Below, one piece after another: positions 49,113-57,373 of a stretch of 64,000 bases of DNA (within the stretch, counting starts at the first letter, position 1; each line of letters starts with the position of its first letter). Origin of the DNA: Candidatus Fraserbacteria bacterium (lineage in GTDB: Bacteria; Bipolaricaulota; Bipolaricaulia; RBG-16-55-9; JAJCYT01); contig JAJCYT010000018.1 of assembly GCA_029262795.1 (NCBI GenBank), positions 195,762 to 259,761 of the forward strand. Reading direction: 5' to 3'. The position numbers and the translations under genes are program-made. Under the pieces are notes generated by a model, which searched no databases, was not told the DNA's origin, and saw only the letters and a program-made list of their open reading frames with translations.

Positions 49113-49414
49113 AGTGAAGAGAGATTACGATGAGAAATAAGTTTCTCGCCCTGGGGCGAATATGGCTACTTGGATTCTCTTATATCCATCTTTGAAACCA
49201 AAATTAGCTGAATATGTTTCTAGATTCCGAAAACTAAATTAAACTTTCATCCTAGAAGATTTTTGACCTCACCTGCGTTATTCCTCCCAAAAGTCAATTT
49301 GCATCTTGATTTTTCCACACAAATTAGTATTAGTGGACATGCTTTTAAATAGTTAAACGTTTAAAGACCCTAATAATACATTATCACCATTTTGAATTTT
49401 TATGAATATAGAGT

Positions 49415-50395
49415 ATGATGAGTTCCGTAGTTTTAGAGAGGAAAAATATGACAAGAAAATCTGATTCTAGTCCTACTAAGGAACTTATAACTTCATTAGA
49501 AGATCTTGTGGAAATTGGTACTGTACCTGCTTCAGCTTTACAAAAAGATATGGGTTTGACTTTTGATGATCTTGTGCAATTGGCAGTTGAAGCATCTGTG
49601 AATAGTGCTTCACTTGCGTTCCCCAAATTGAGTTTATTGGATATGCTTGCTCTTAGTTGTTTTTTTGAAATATGCGATCAAATTGAAGTTTCTCTCGAGA
49701 GACTAGAATCAGTTTTAAATTGGATGACTGGTAACAAACCTACTCATTTAGAAAAAATAATAGAAATGCAATCTATTTTTGAACTTCACTGTTCGGGGCT
49801 AAGCATACCTAAATCACCTGTAGAGGCATTGGAGCTATTACAAAAAGCGAATGATGAATTTGTCGGCAAAAGCCTCCTTAGAATAATTAGGGCTAGATGG
49901 CCAATCTTCTCTCTGCTTTTAAATCTCTCTTTAGGGCATAAAATGTTTTTCAAGTCCGATCTAAAAGAAGATCATCAGTTCTTAAGTGAATCTAACTTGG
50001 CAGAATTGGCCCAGTTTGGGATATTACTTGGTTCAGATAGGAAGTTAGAATATCTTCTTCCTCTAAACGAAATTATGAATGAAGTTTTAGAAGCTGTTGA
50101 GTTAAAAACATTTGAAATAACGAATAGTACAAGAAACTTTGATCCTTATACTCATTCAGTCAGCAAGATAGTGGCTGAGCAACTCTTAAAGAAAGATTAC
50201 GATTCGATTCTAATAGAATTTAATTCAGATAACGAAATTCGTTTGGTATTCAATAAAAATATAGATTTAAGTAAGTCTATAAAGCTTGGTAAGATAATTG
50301 ATGATATTGATTTTGGCCATTTAGACCTCTTTGTCAACCATGGCAAAATAACTCAAATAAGATCGAAAGAATCAATTAAATTCCAGCAACGCTGA
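49415..50395 (+). CDS. hypothetical protein (possible start at ATG 49448)
   Basis: Long ORF with island-typical AT-rich codon usage; no motif recognised. Confidence 0.4.
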   Translation: MMSSVVLERKNMTRKSDSSPTKELITSLEDLVEIGTVPASALQKDMGLTFDDLVQLAVEASVNSASLAFPKLSLLDMLALSCFFEICDQIEVSLERLESVLNWMTGNKPTHLEKIIEMQSIFELHCSGLSIPKSPVEALELLQKANDEFVGKSLLRIIRARWPIFSLLLNLSLGHKMFFKSDLKEDHQFLSESNLAELAQFGILLGSDRKLEYLLPLNEIMNEVLEAVELKTFEITNSTRNFDPYTHSVSKIVAEQLLKKDYDSILIEFNSDNEIRLVFNKNIDLSKSIKLGKIIDDIDFGHLDLFVNHGKITQIRSKESIKFQQR

Positions 50396-50494
50396 CAGGC
50401 CTATTCTGGTGACCTGACGGAGCCAGGAAAAGGGAAGTTCGAAATCTCTGCGTGACAGAAAGATCCTGAACGCAGCCTAATTAAAGGGCTTTAA

Positions 50495-50677
50495 ATGGAT
50501 CCTCACGTAGATAAGTATTTGCTTGATTCCGCACAAAAGCTTTGGCAACCTGAATATCAAGATAAACTCAGTAATGAAGACGTAGAAGAAATTGTCGATA
50601 ATATTTCGGATTTTTTCGAAGTATTGATCGAATGGGGCAATACTTCCAACGAGCCTACAGAAAGTAGGCTCGAATGA
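50495..50677 (+). CDS. small acidic hypothetical protein (possible recombination directionality/accessory factor)
   Basis: 60 aa; ATGA stop/start overlap with downstream Rep-like gene. Confidence 0.25.
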   Translation: MDPHVDKYLLDSAQKLWQPEYQDKLSNEDVEEIVDNISDFFEVLIEWGNTSNEPTESRLE

Positions 50678-51783
50678 ATAAATCAACCAGTGTTAAAAAT
50701 AGTGGAACTAAAAGCCCTCTAGTTACACACCCCCCGCAAATTCCAAAAAATGTAACCAGCAAGACCTTATTAATGGGCTTAGATAGCTTGTATCTAGGCT
50801 GTTTTGGTCAACTGCATCGAAGATTTCAAAGGCTAAATGATTCAAAAATAAAAATTTCAGATGTTTTATTTACAGCCACAGATATTAGATTTGGGCCATA
50901 TAAGTATGTGTTTGATAGTGGTAGAATGACAATTGGATTCAATAATAAATACAAATATGCATCTTCACCTGAAGTCTATATTCGACTAAAATCTCAATTC
51001 ATTTTGTCAAAAGGTTTAGCGAATGCGTATGAAAGCGCAATAAAGATAGCCGATAAACTGTTAGTTTCACGAACTAAACGAGATACAGTGCTTCGCGTAG
51101 ATTTGTTTATGGATATTCTTTGGGATAAAGCGTTCAAAGCTGCTGATGTAGATAAATTTGTTTCTAGAGCAAGACAAAAGAACTCACATTCTTCTAATAA
51201 TGAAATAACTGGCTTCAGTTTTGGAAAATCTCAAATTAGAGCCAGAGTTTATAATAAAACCCTAGAAAAGAATAAAGAAAAATCACATTTACTTTATCAG
51301 GCTTGGAATATTCCAAAAAAATCTAAGTCAAATGTATGGAGATTAGAATTTCAATTACGAGGAGTGGCATTGCGCAAGTTTGATGTTCATGAGTTTTATG
51401 ACCTGATTTACGAAGCAAATAGAATTTGGAATTACTGCTGCCAAAAATGGCTTTCCATGAGGAAACTGAATAATAAAAGAACAACTCGTAGATCTCTCAC
51501 AGCTTTTTGGAAGACTGTTGTTGATTCAAACTTCGAATTTAATCTTGAGATCGAAGATGAAGAAAGATTTGAACAATTAACCAAGCAATATGCAGAAGGA
51601 AATTTGAATGAGGTTACAGATGATAGTCATATTGTTAATACTATTTCAGGCATGGTAAAGAACCATGCTATTTCACATGGCTATGCTACAAATGAGGAAG
51701 CGCTTGACAACTTGTTACCTAAAATAGAAAAGAAGTTAAGCATCATAAGAAAAAACAAAAAAAGAGGTGAATTAAAGCCATGA
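50674..51783 (+). CDS. Rep_trans-like rolling-circle replication initiator (putative)
   Basis: IRARVYNKTLE and WRLEFQLRG resemble the conserved vRiYdK / RiE motifs of Rep_trans initiators from ICE/IME and phage. Confidence 0.55.
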   Translation: MNKSTSVKNSGTKSPLVTHPPQIPKNVTSKTLLMGLDSLYLGCFGQLHRRFQRLNDSKIKISDVLFTATDIRFGPYKYVFDSGRMTIGFNNKYKYASSPEVYIRLKSQFILSKGLANAYESAIKIADKLLVSRTKRDTVLRVDLFMDILWDKAFKAADVDKFVSRARQKNSHSSNNEITGFSFGKSQIRARVYNKTLEKNKEKSHLLYQAWNIPKKSKSNVWRLEFQLRGVALRKFDVHEFYDLIYEANRIWNYCCQKWLSMRKLNNKRTTRRSLTAFWKTVVDSNFEFNLEIEDEERFEQLTKQYAEGNLNEVTDDSHIVNTISGMVKNHAISHGYATNEEALDNLLPKIEKKLSIIRKNKKRGELKP

Positions 51784-53243
51784 AAGTGCTTGCGTATGCA
51801 CGTGTTTCAACTCAAGATCAGGCTAAGGAAGGATACAGTGTTCCTGCTCAAATAAGAGCAATCAGAGAATCTGCGAAAAGAAATAACCTTCAAATTGTGC
51901 GTGAATTTACTGAGGCCGAATCTGCAAAAGCCGTTGGCCGAAAGAGCTTTCACAAAATGGTCAAATTTATCAAAGCAAATCCAGGAAATGTTGATGGGAT
52001 TATAGCACATAAGGTAGATCGTTTATCTAGGAATTTCAAAGACCTTCTAACACTCAAGGAACTAAATATGAAACTAATATTTGTGTTAGAAGAATTTCCC
52101 GACAATGCCATGGGCAGATTTATCCTTGATATGCGTGTTGCTCAATCAGCTTTTTATAGTGGCAATCTTTCAGAGGATGTAATTAAGGGAATGACTGAAA
52201 AGGCAAAACAAGGACTATTCCCTTCCCGTGCAGCACTAGGATACATCAATGTGACCAGAAACGGGAAAAGAATCATTGAACCTGATCCCGAAATTGCTCC
52301 GTTAATAAAGACTGCTTTCAAGTTATATTCAACTGGCAGATATTCACTTAATCAGATTAGGAAATTATGTGGGGAACAAGGCCTAGTTTATCGCCAAAGT
52401 AGAAAACCTATCAGCAAAAGCACTTTGGATAGTATGCTCAAAAGGCCTTTATATTATGGTGGTTTTTACTGGAGTGGAAATCTCTATCGTGGTACTCATG
52501 ATCCCATAATTTCCAAAACACTCTTTGATAAAGTTCAACAAGTGCGCAAAGATCGCTCAAAACCAAAAAGAAAGTCATGGCGTTTCGCTTTTTCAGGTCT
52601 TCTTGTGTGTGGTTATTGTGGATGTGCAATTACCGCAGAAATGAAGAAAGGCAAGTACACTTATTATCATTGCACTGGATATAAAGGTAAGTGTGATCAA
52701 AAATGGCTGAGAGAAGAAGTTTTGTCCGAAATTTTGGGGGAAATGCTTTTAGAAATACGCTTTGGTCAATCTAAGATTGATTGGATTGAAGATGTGTTGA
52801 TTTCCAAGCACTCTATTGATTTGCAGCAACAAGAAACTTCAATGCGAGCTTTAAAGTCACAAGCTAATAGAGTCCAAAATCGTTTAGAAAAGATATATAT
52901 CGATAAATTAGATGGCGTAGTTTCTGAAGAAACTTGGGTATCGAAATCAAAAGAATGGGAGAAAGAAGAACAAGAAATACTAACTCGCATTAAAGCAATG
53001 GAAAATATTGGCCCAAATTTTATAGACAAGGGTATCCAGATTTTAGAACTGGCGAATAACGCCTACAACTCGTATTTAAATCAGAATATTCATGAAAGGA
53101 GGAGATTACTTGATTGTGTACTTTCGAACTGCGAAATGTTAGGTGAAAAGCTAGTGCCAAACTACAAAAAACCATTTGACATCCTAGCAAAATCGAGAAG
53201 TTGTACGGATTGGCTGGGAGAGAGGGATTCGAACCCCCACTAA
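51780..53243 (+). CDS. large serine recombinase (integrase)
   Basis: N-terminal resolvase catalytic domain MKVLAYARVSTQDQ (Ser nucleophile), recombinase domain, Cys-rich zinc ribbon CGYCGC...YYHC and coiled-coil; last ~11 codons overlap tRNA-Gln. Confidence 0.85.
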   Translation: MKVLAYARVSTQDQAKEGYSVPAQIRAIRESAKRNNLQIVREFTEAESAKAVGRKSFHKMVKFIKANPGNVDGIIAHKVDRLSRNFKDLLTLKELNMKLIFVLEEFPDNAMGRFILDMRVAQSAFYSGNLSEDVIKGMTEKAKQGLFPSRAALGYINVTRNGKRIIEPDPEIAPLIKTAFKLYSTGRYSLNQIRKLCGEQGLVYRQSRKPISKSTLDSMLKRPLYYGGFYWSGNLYRGTHDPIISKTLFDKVQQVRKDRSKPKRKSWRFAFSGLLVCGYCGCAITAEMKKGKYTYYHCTGYKGKCDQKWLREEVLSEILGEMLLEIRFGQSKIDWIEDVLISKHSIDLQQQETSMRALKSQANRVQNRLEKIYIDKLDGVVSEETWVSKSKEWEKEEQEILTRIKAMENIGPNFIDKGIQILELANNAYNSYLNQNIHERRRLLDCVLSNCEMLGEKLVPNYKKPFDILAKSRSCTDWLGERDSNPH

Positions 53244-53284
53244 CCGGGTCAGAGCCGGTCGTCCTACCATTAGACGATCTCCCA
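53211..53284 (-). tRNA. tRNA-Gln (anticodon CTG)
   Basis: Reverse complement TGGGAGATCGTCTAATGGTAGGACGACCGGCTCTGACCCGGTTAGTGGGGGTTCGAATCCCTCTCTCCCAGCCA folds as cloverleaf: 7-bp acceptor, GTTCGAATC T-loop, anticodon loop CU-CUG-AC, encoded CCA. Confidence 0.85.
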
Positions 53285-53484
53285 AAGTGGCCTAAAGATT
53301 AACAAATACCTCCCTTCCTGTCAAGGTTTTAATAGAGCTACAGATGGCAATTCAAGTTAATTCTGACTTGCCTCCATGTTAGAAAATCAAATGCTAGGAT
53401 GAACCCGCTTCAATTGATGATTTTCCCATTGGCTTTTGGTTCATGTTGCGATATTCTGTTGAATGTCCGGCGCTAGATTGACCG

Positions 53485-53982
53485 TTGGACTTGTCAAAAA
53501 TAAAAATAAATTTATCGTATGGATCATTTGTTTTGGGAAAGGACAACTACGTGGCACATTATAAAGGGGTTGCTGCTTTGTGCGTGAAATCGGACGAACC
53601 AAAAATATTGATGGTGCTTCAGGGGATGCCGGGACAACCGCCCACATGGACCTTGCCTGGCGGACCGATGAAGCCAGACGAATCGCCTGAACAGGCTGTG
53701 GCTCGTGAATGTCAGGAAGACGCTGGCCTTAGTGTGAAAGTGGGCAAACTGTACAAACACCAACAAGGCACAGCACAGGACTTCAAAAAACGAGCCTACG
53801 AATTTGAATGTCATTATTTTGAAGTCAACGCTTCAAGCACTGCACTGCAGCCACAAGACCCTGACAAATTAGTGTATCGTGCGGAATGGATCGCTCACCC
53901 CCAACTCAAAGATTTAGGCCTTTATTACGAATACCAGCGTGAAGTGATCGAAGCCTACTGGAAAGAAACGGTGAATAAATAA
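53485..53982 (+). CDS. NUDIX hydrolase
   Basis: Nudix box GGPMKPDESPEQAVARECQEDAGL. Confidence 0.75.
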   Translation: MDLSKIKINLSYGSFVLGKDNYVAHYKGVAALCVKSDEPKILMVLQGMPGQPPTWTLPGGPMKPDESPEQAVARECQEDAGLSVKVGKLYKHQQGTAQDFKKRAYEFECHYFEVNASSTALQPQDPDKLVYRAEWIAHPQLKDLGLYYEYQREVIEAYWKETVNK

Positions 53983-54398
53983 TGCCACTCGAAGCCTGGC
54001 TGCCCCTGCTGAACACCAGCCTCATTGTCATCAGTGGAATTTGTTTGGTGATCGGCTTTATCTTCATTAAGCAACGGAAAATTGAACTACACAAAACCTT
54101 CATGCTCACAGCCACCACGTTTGCCGGCCTGTTTTTAATTGTCTACGTGATTCGTTATCTTGTGTTGGAAGAAACCCGCTTTCAACACGAAGGCATTTTA
54201 CAAATCATTTATTTCTCTATTCTGATTGTTCACATCATCATGGCCATTGTGATCGTGCCATTGGTGCTCATCACACTCAGGCGCGCCCTAAAAGAAGATT
54301 TCAAGCATCACAAAAAAATCGCCAAAATCACATTTCCCATCTGGCTGTTTGTTGCTGTTTCGGGCTGGGTGGTGTATTGGATGCTTCATCATCTTTAG
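53982..54398 (+). CDS. DUF420-like small membrane protein
   Basis: Four TM helices; ATG overlaps upstream stop. Confidence 0.5.
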   Translation: MPLEAWLPLLNTSLIVISGICLVIGFIFIKQRKIELHKTFMLTATTFAGLFLIVYVIRYLVLEETRFQHEGILQIIYFSILIVHIIMAIVIVPLVLITLRRALKEDFKHHKKIAKITFPIWLFVAVSGWVVYWMLHHL

Positions 54399-55970
54399 TT
54401 AATCAATAGATTTCACACAGCCATCTTTGCGAGGGTCAGATGCCCCGGACAATACGCCGGATTCTTGATCGATCACAATCGCCTGTGCCCCACCGAATCC
54501 GCCAAAACCACTGCCATCCAAAATGTCATGCTGTCGCGCTTTGAGTTGGTCCGTTACAGATTGATCAAACGCTGATTCAAACGTCACTTTTGCTTTTTCC
54601 ATCCAACGGAAACGTGGCGCGTTCAACGCTGTTGCGACATCTGTTCCTTGATCGATCACATGGTTTAAAATCTGAACCTGTGCCTGCGGTTGCATAAAGC
54701 CTCCCACCACACCGAAACACATCGACGGTTTTCTATCTTTCAACACCATTGGAGGAATGATCGTGTGGTATGGGCGCTTTCCCGAAGCCAGTGCATTTGG
54801 ATGCTGCGGGTCCAGAGAGCTCAACGCAGCACGATTTTGAAGCACGATCCCTGTGCCTTCGGCCACAACCTTGGAACCAAAGTGCATGTAAACACTGTTG
54901 ATAAAAGATGCGGCATTGCCTTCTTCATCCACAACCGTGACGTAAATGGTGCCGCTGTCAGGGAAACCATGCGTCGGATTTTTCAGCGCCTGGTCACCAA
55001 TCAACTGCCGTCGCTGCTCAGCATAGGCTTTGGAAATCAACGCATCCGTCGGCACATCAATCAACGCAGGGTCAGCCACATACTGCCACGCATCAGCAAA
55101 AGCCAGCTTAAGCGCTTCAATTTGAACATGGGTGCGCTCTTCCAAACTCATGGAGGCCAGATCGTAACCTTCAAGAATATTGAGCGCTTCTAAAGTGATG
55201 ACACCCTGACCATTCGGAGGCAGTTCACACACAGTGAATCCGCGATAGTCGGTTGTGATGGGATCAACCCACTCTGAGGCATGTGAAGCAAAATCATCAT
55301 GAGTCAGCCAGCCATTTAGTTTTTCTGATTGAGCCACCATTTTATCGGTCAGGTGACCATCATAAAACACTTTGATCCCTTGTTCGGCAATCATGGCAAA
55401 ACTTTGAGCAAGGTCAGGCTGCTTGAAACATTCACCCAACTGAGGCGGACACCCGTTGGGCAAGTAATGCTGTGTGTTCACACCCTGGTCCAGTTCTTGT
55501 TGTTGTGCCGCCCAATCACGGGCGATGATGGGGGTCAATTCAAATCCATCTGCTGCTGCTTGAATGGCAGGTTGTAAGAGTTCACCCAATGATTTCGTCC
55601 CAAGTTTGTCCAGCAACGCCTGCCATGCATGTAGCGCCCCTGGCACAGACACAGAATAAATCCCCTGCTGCGGCATGGTTTGATGCCCCATCGCTTTGAG
55701 CGCCTCAATGCTGGCTGCCTTGGGCGTACGCCCACTGCCATTGATGCCATGCAACTTGCCGGTTTTGGCCTCGTACACAATGGCAAAGCAATCGCCGCCA
55801 ATACTGGTGCTCATCGGCTCAACCACATTTAGCATCGCCGCCGCGCATACGGCTGCATCCACGGCATTGCCCCCTGCTTTCAACACATCAATTGCAGCAT
55901 CCACCGCCAACGGTTGACTGGTGGCAACCATGCCTTTGGTGCTCATGTGGAACTCCTTTTGATTAAACAA
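54399..55970 (-). CDS. ggt: gamma-glutamyltranspeptidase
   Basis: Autoprocessing/nucleophile region SGTIYVTVVDEEGNAASFINS; overall GGT architecture; probable start at internal MSTKG. Confidence 0.85.
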   Translation of the reverse strand: MFNQKEFHMSTKGMVATSQPLAVDAAIDVLKAGGNAVDAAVCAAAMLNVVEPMSTSIGGDCFAIVYEAKTGKLHGINGSGRTPKAASIEALKAMGHQTMPQQGIYSVSVPGALHAWQALLDKLGTKSLGELLQPAIQAAADGFELTPIIARDWAAQQQELDQGVNTQHYLPNGCPPQLGECFKQPDLAQSFAMIAEQGIKVFYDGHLTDKMVAQSEKLNGWLTHDDFASHASEWVDPITTDYRGFTVCELPPNGQGVITLEALNILEGYDLASMSLEERTHVQIEALKLAFADAWQYVADPALIDVPTDALISKAYAEQRRQLIGDQALKNPTHGFPDSGTIYVTVVDEEGNAASFINSVYMHFGSKVVAEGTGIVLQNRAALSSLDPQHPNALASGKRPYHTIIPPMVLKDRKPSMCFGVVGGFMQPQAQVQILNHVIDQGTDVATALNAPRFRWMEKAKVTFESAFDQSVTDQLKARQHDILDGSGFGGFGGAQAIVIDQESGVLSGASDPRKDGCVKSID

Positions 55971-56150
55971 CCTTTGAAAAATTTTTGAATGTAGAAGGCT
56001 TCAATCCCCCAACCCCCTTCATCTGAAGGGGGCTAAGATGGGATATCTGAATGTTTGCTTTGAATCACTTTATTTGGTTCTTTGCGAAATTTGTTTGACC
56101 GAAAACATTTTAAAAATCGTTAAGCATTCATTTTTTGAATGTCAAACAAT

Positions 56151-56738
56151 TTAAGCCATCTGTGTGTCTTTAACGCTGAGTCTTTGTTGCCATTCAATCA
56201 AAGTTTCTTTCCAGAAGGTGGTTTTATAGGCTTCAAAAATTCTGGGCTTGGCTTCGCGGTAATACTGGCGGTCTGATAAATCCTTGAATTCATCGCGTAA
56301 ATTTCGTGTGAAATCATCGGCAGCGACAGTGCGCTCGATCCAGTGCCCCAGCTCATTAAAATCTTTGTCTAAAAAAACGATAATGGGAATGGGGTTTCGT
56401 TCCCCCTTCGGCCAGTTTTTTACCAATGGCTGGTTTTCTTCCAGGTCCGATTGCTGGATGTGAAAAGCCATGCCATCCACCTGCTCGGTCACCCGCGCCA
56501 TCAATGGAAAGGCACGCACTGCATCGCCACACCACTCTTCGGCCAGGGCCAGGATGTTGATTTGTCCGCCATGCTGTTCAACCAAATTTGCAAAAGATGT
56601 TAAAAATTCTCCAGGCACCTGAAGTTCATCATAAAGTTCCTGAAGGGTTTTATAATTGCGTGTGGCAAAATCCTTGTCCTTAAACTGATCAAACGTCATG
56701 CCGGATTCAAATTTTTCTTGAAGCAACGCTGGGTTCAT
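56151..56738 (-). CDS. thioredoxin-fold family protein (single-Cys, EEWCGDA)
   Basis: Thioredoxin-like spacing around WCGDAVRAFP...IPIIVFLD. Confidence 0.45.
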   Translation of the reverse strand: MNPALLQEKFESGMTFDQFKDKDFATRNYKTLQELYDELQVPGEFLTSFANLVEQHGGQINILALAEEWCGDAVRAFPLMARVTEQVDGMAFHIQQSDLEENQPLVKNWPKGERNPIPIIVFLDKDFNELGHWIERTVAADDFTRNLRDEFKDLSDRQYYREAKPRIFEAYKTTFWKETLIEWQQRLSVKDTQMA

Positions 56739-57062
56739 GGTTGCCCTCCTGAAATAAATTTTTGCTCATTTTCAGACAACATAGCTTAACAAGTCTTTGA
56801 AGTTGATGCATCTGAGTCATTTTTTACATGCAATCTCAAATTAATTCTAAAAGCAGATGGTCATTATGTTCATTGTCAAACAAATTGCCTTTTTCAGTTC
56901 AAAGATTCAGACATTGAATCTTTGAATATCCTTTCTATTTGCAAACTTCAGAACTTGAACCAAATTTCCACCAAACTTCCATATCCTTTTCACCTTAGTT
57001 TTATTATGATAATAAACAAGAGAGAGTTCTTCTAGACATTCAAAACAACCTTAACCGATAAA

Positions 57063-57100
57063 CCCCCAACTTGAAAAACCCAAGTTGGGGTTTTTCATTT
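57063..57100 (+). terminator. terminator-like hairpin + U-run in long AT-rich leader upstream of MMPL transporter gene
   Basis: CCCCAACTTG-aaaaacc-CAAGTTGGGG followed by TTTTTCATTTTAT; no upstream + strand gene, so it may end a small RNA or act as an attenuator. Confidence 0.4.
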
Positions 57101-57373
57101 TATCCCGCACCTGCTTGAGCCCTCTACTTAAGAAATCCAACTTAATATTTCATCCATCCAGTAAGAACTTTGTTCAGCATTGAAGAATAATAGGCCATCG
57201 TGCCCCCTTAATGCTTTAAGAGGGCTGGGGGATTAGAGTTTTTTAAAAGCCAAGATTCCTGAATTTTTGGGTGATTTGTCCAGGCGTTGTGCTGAGTAAA
57301 ACGATATCTTGAACTCTTGAAAGCGTTTTTTAAATAACGCTTGTGAAATAAACGTTAAGGTAATATAGAAAAC

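Larger units (their letters stand above)
25690..53284. mobile_element. AT-rich integrative element (~27.5 kb) adjacent to the 3' end of tRNA-Gln; carries serine recombinase, Rep_trans-like initiator, XRE regulator, a giant surface protein and a four-gene defence-like operon
   Basis: Sharp compositional drop relative to both flanks. Recombinase ORF ends inside the tRNA. Left boundary uncertain (anywhere ~24.5k to 25.9k); no convincing direct repeat of the tRNA 3' end found by eye. Confidence 0.6.

Noticed and set aside
53211-53243. Integrase C-terminus overlapping the tRNA considered as an annotation conflict
   Set aside because: Overlap of integrase 3' end or attP with the target tRNA 3' end is a common outcome of site-specific integration. 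Both features are retained.
54690-55193. 167-aa plus-strand ORF inside the ggt region (and similar ORFs at 55329..55577, 55696..55917)
   Set aside because: Antisense to the well-supported gamma-glutamyltranspeptidase gene. His/Arg-rich with no functional motifs.
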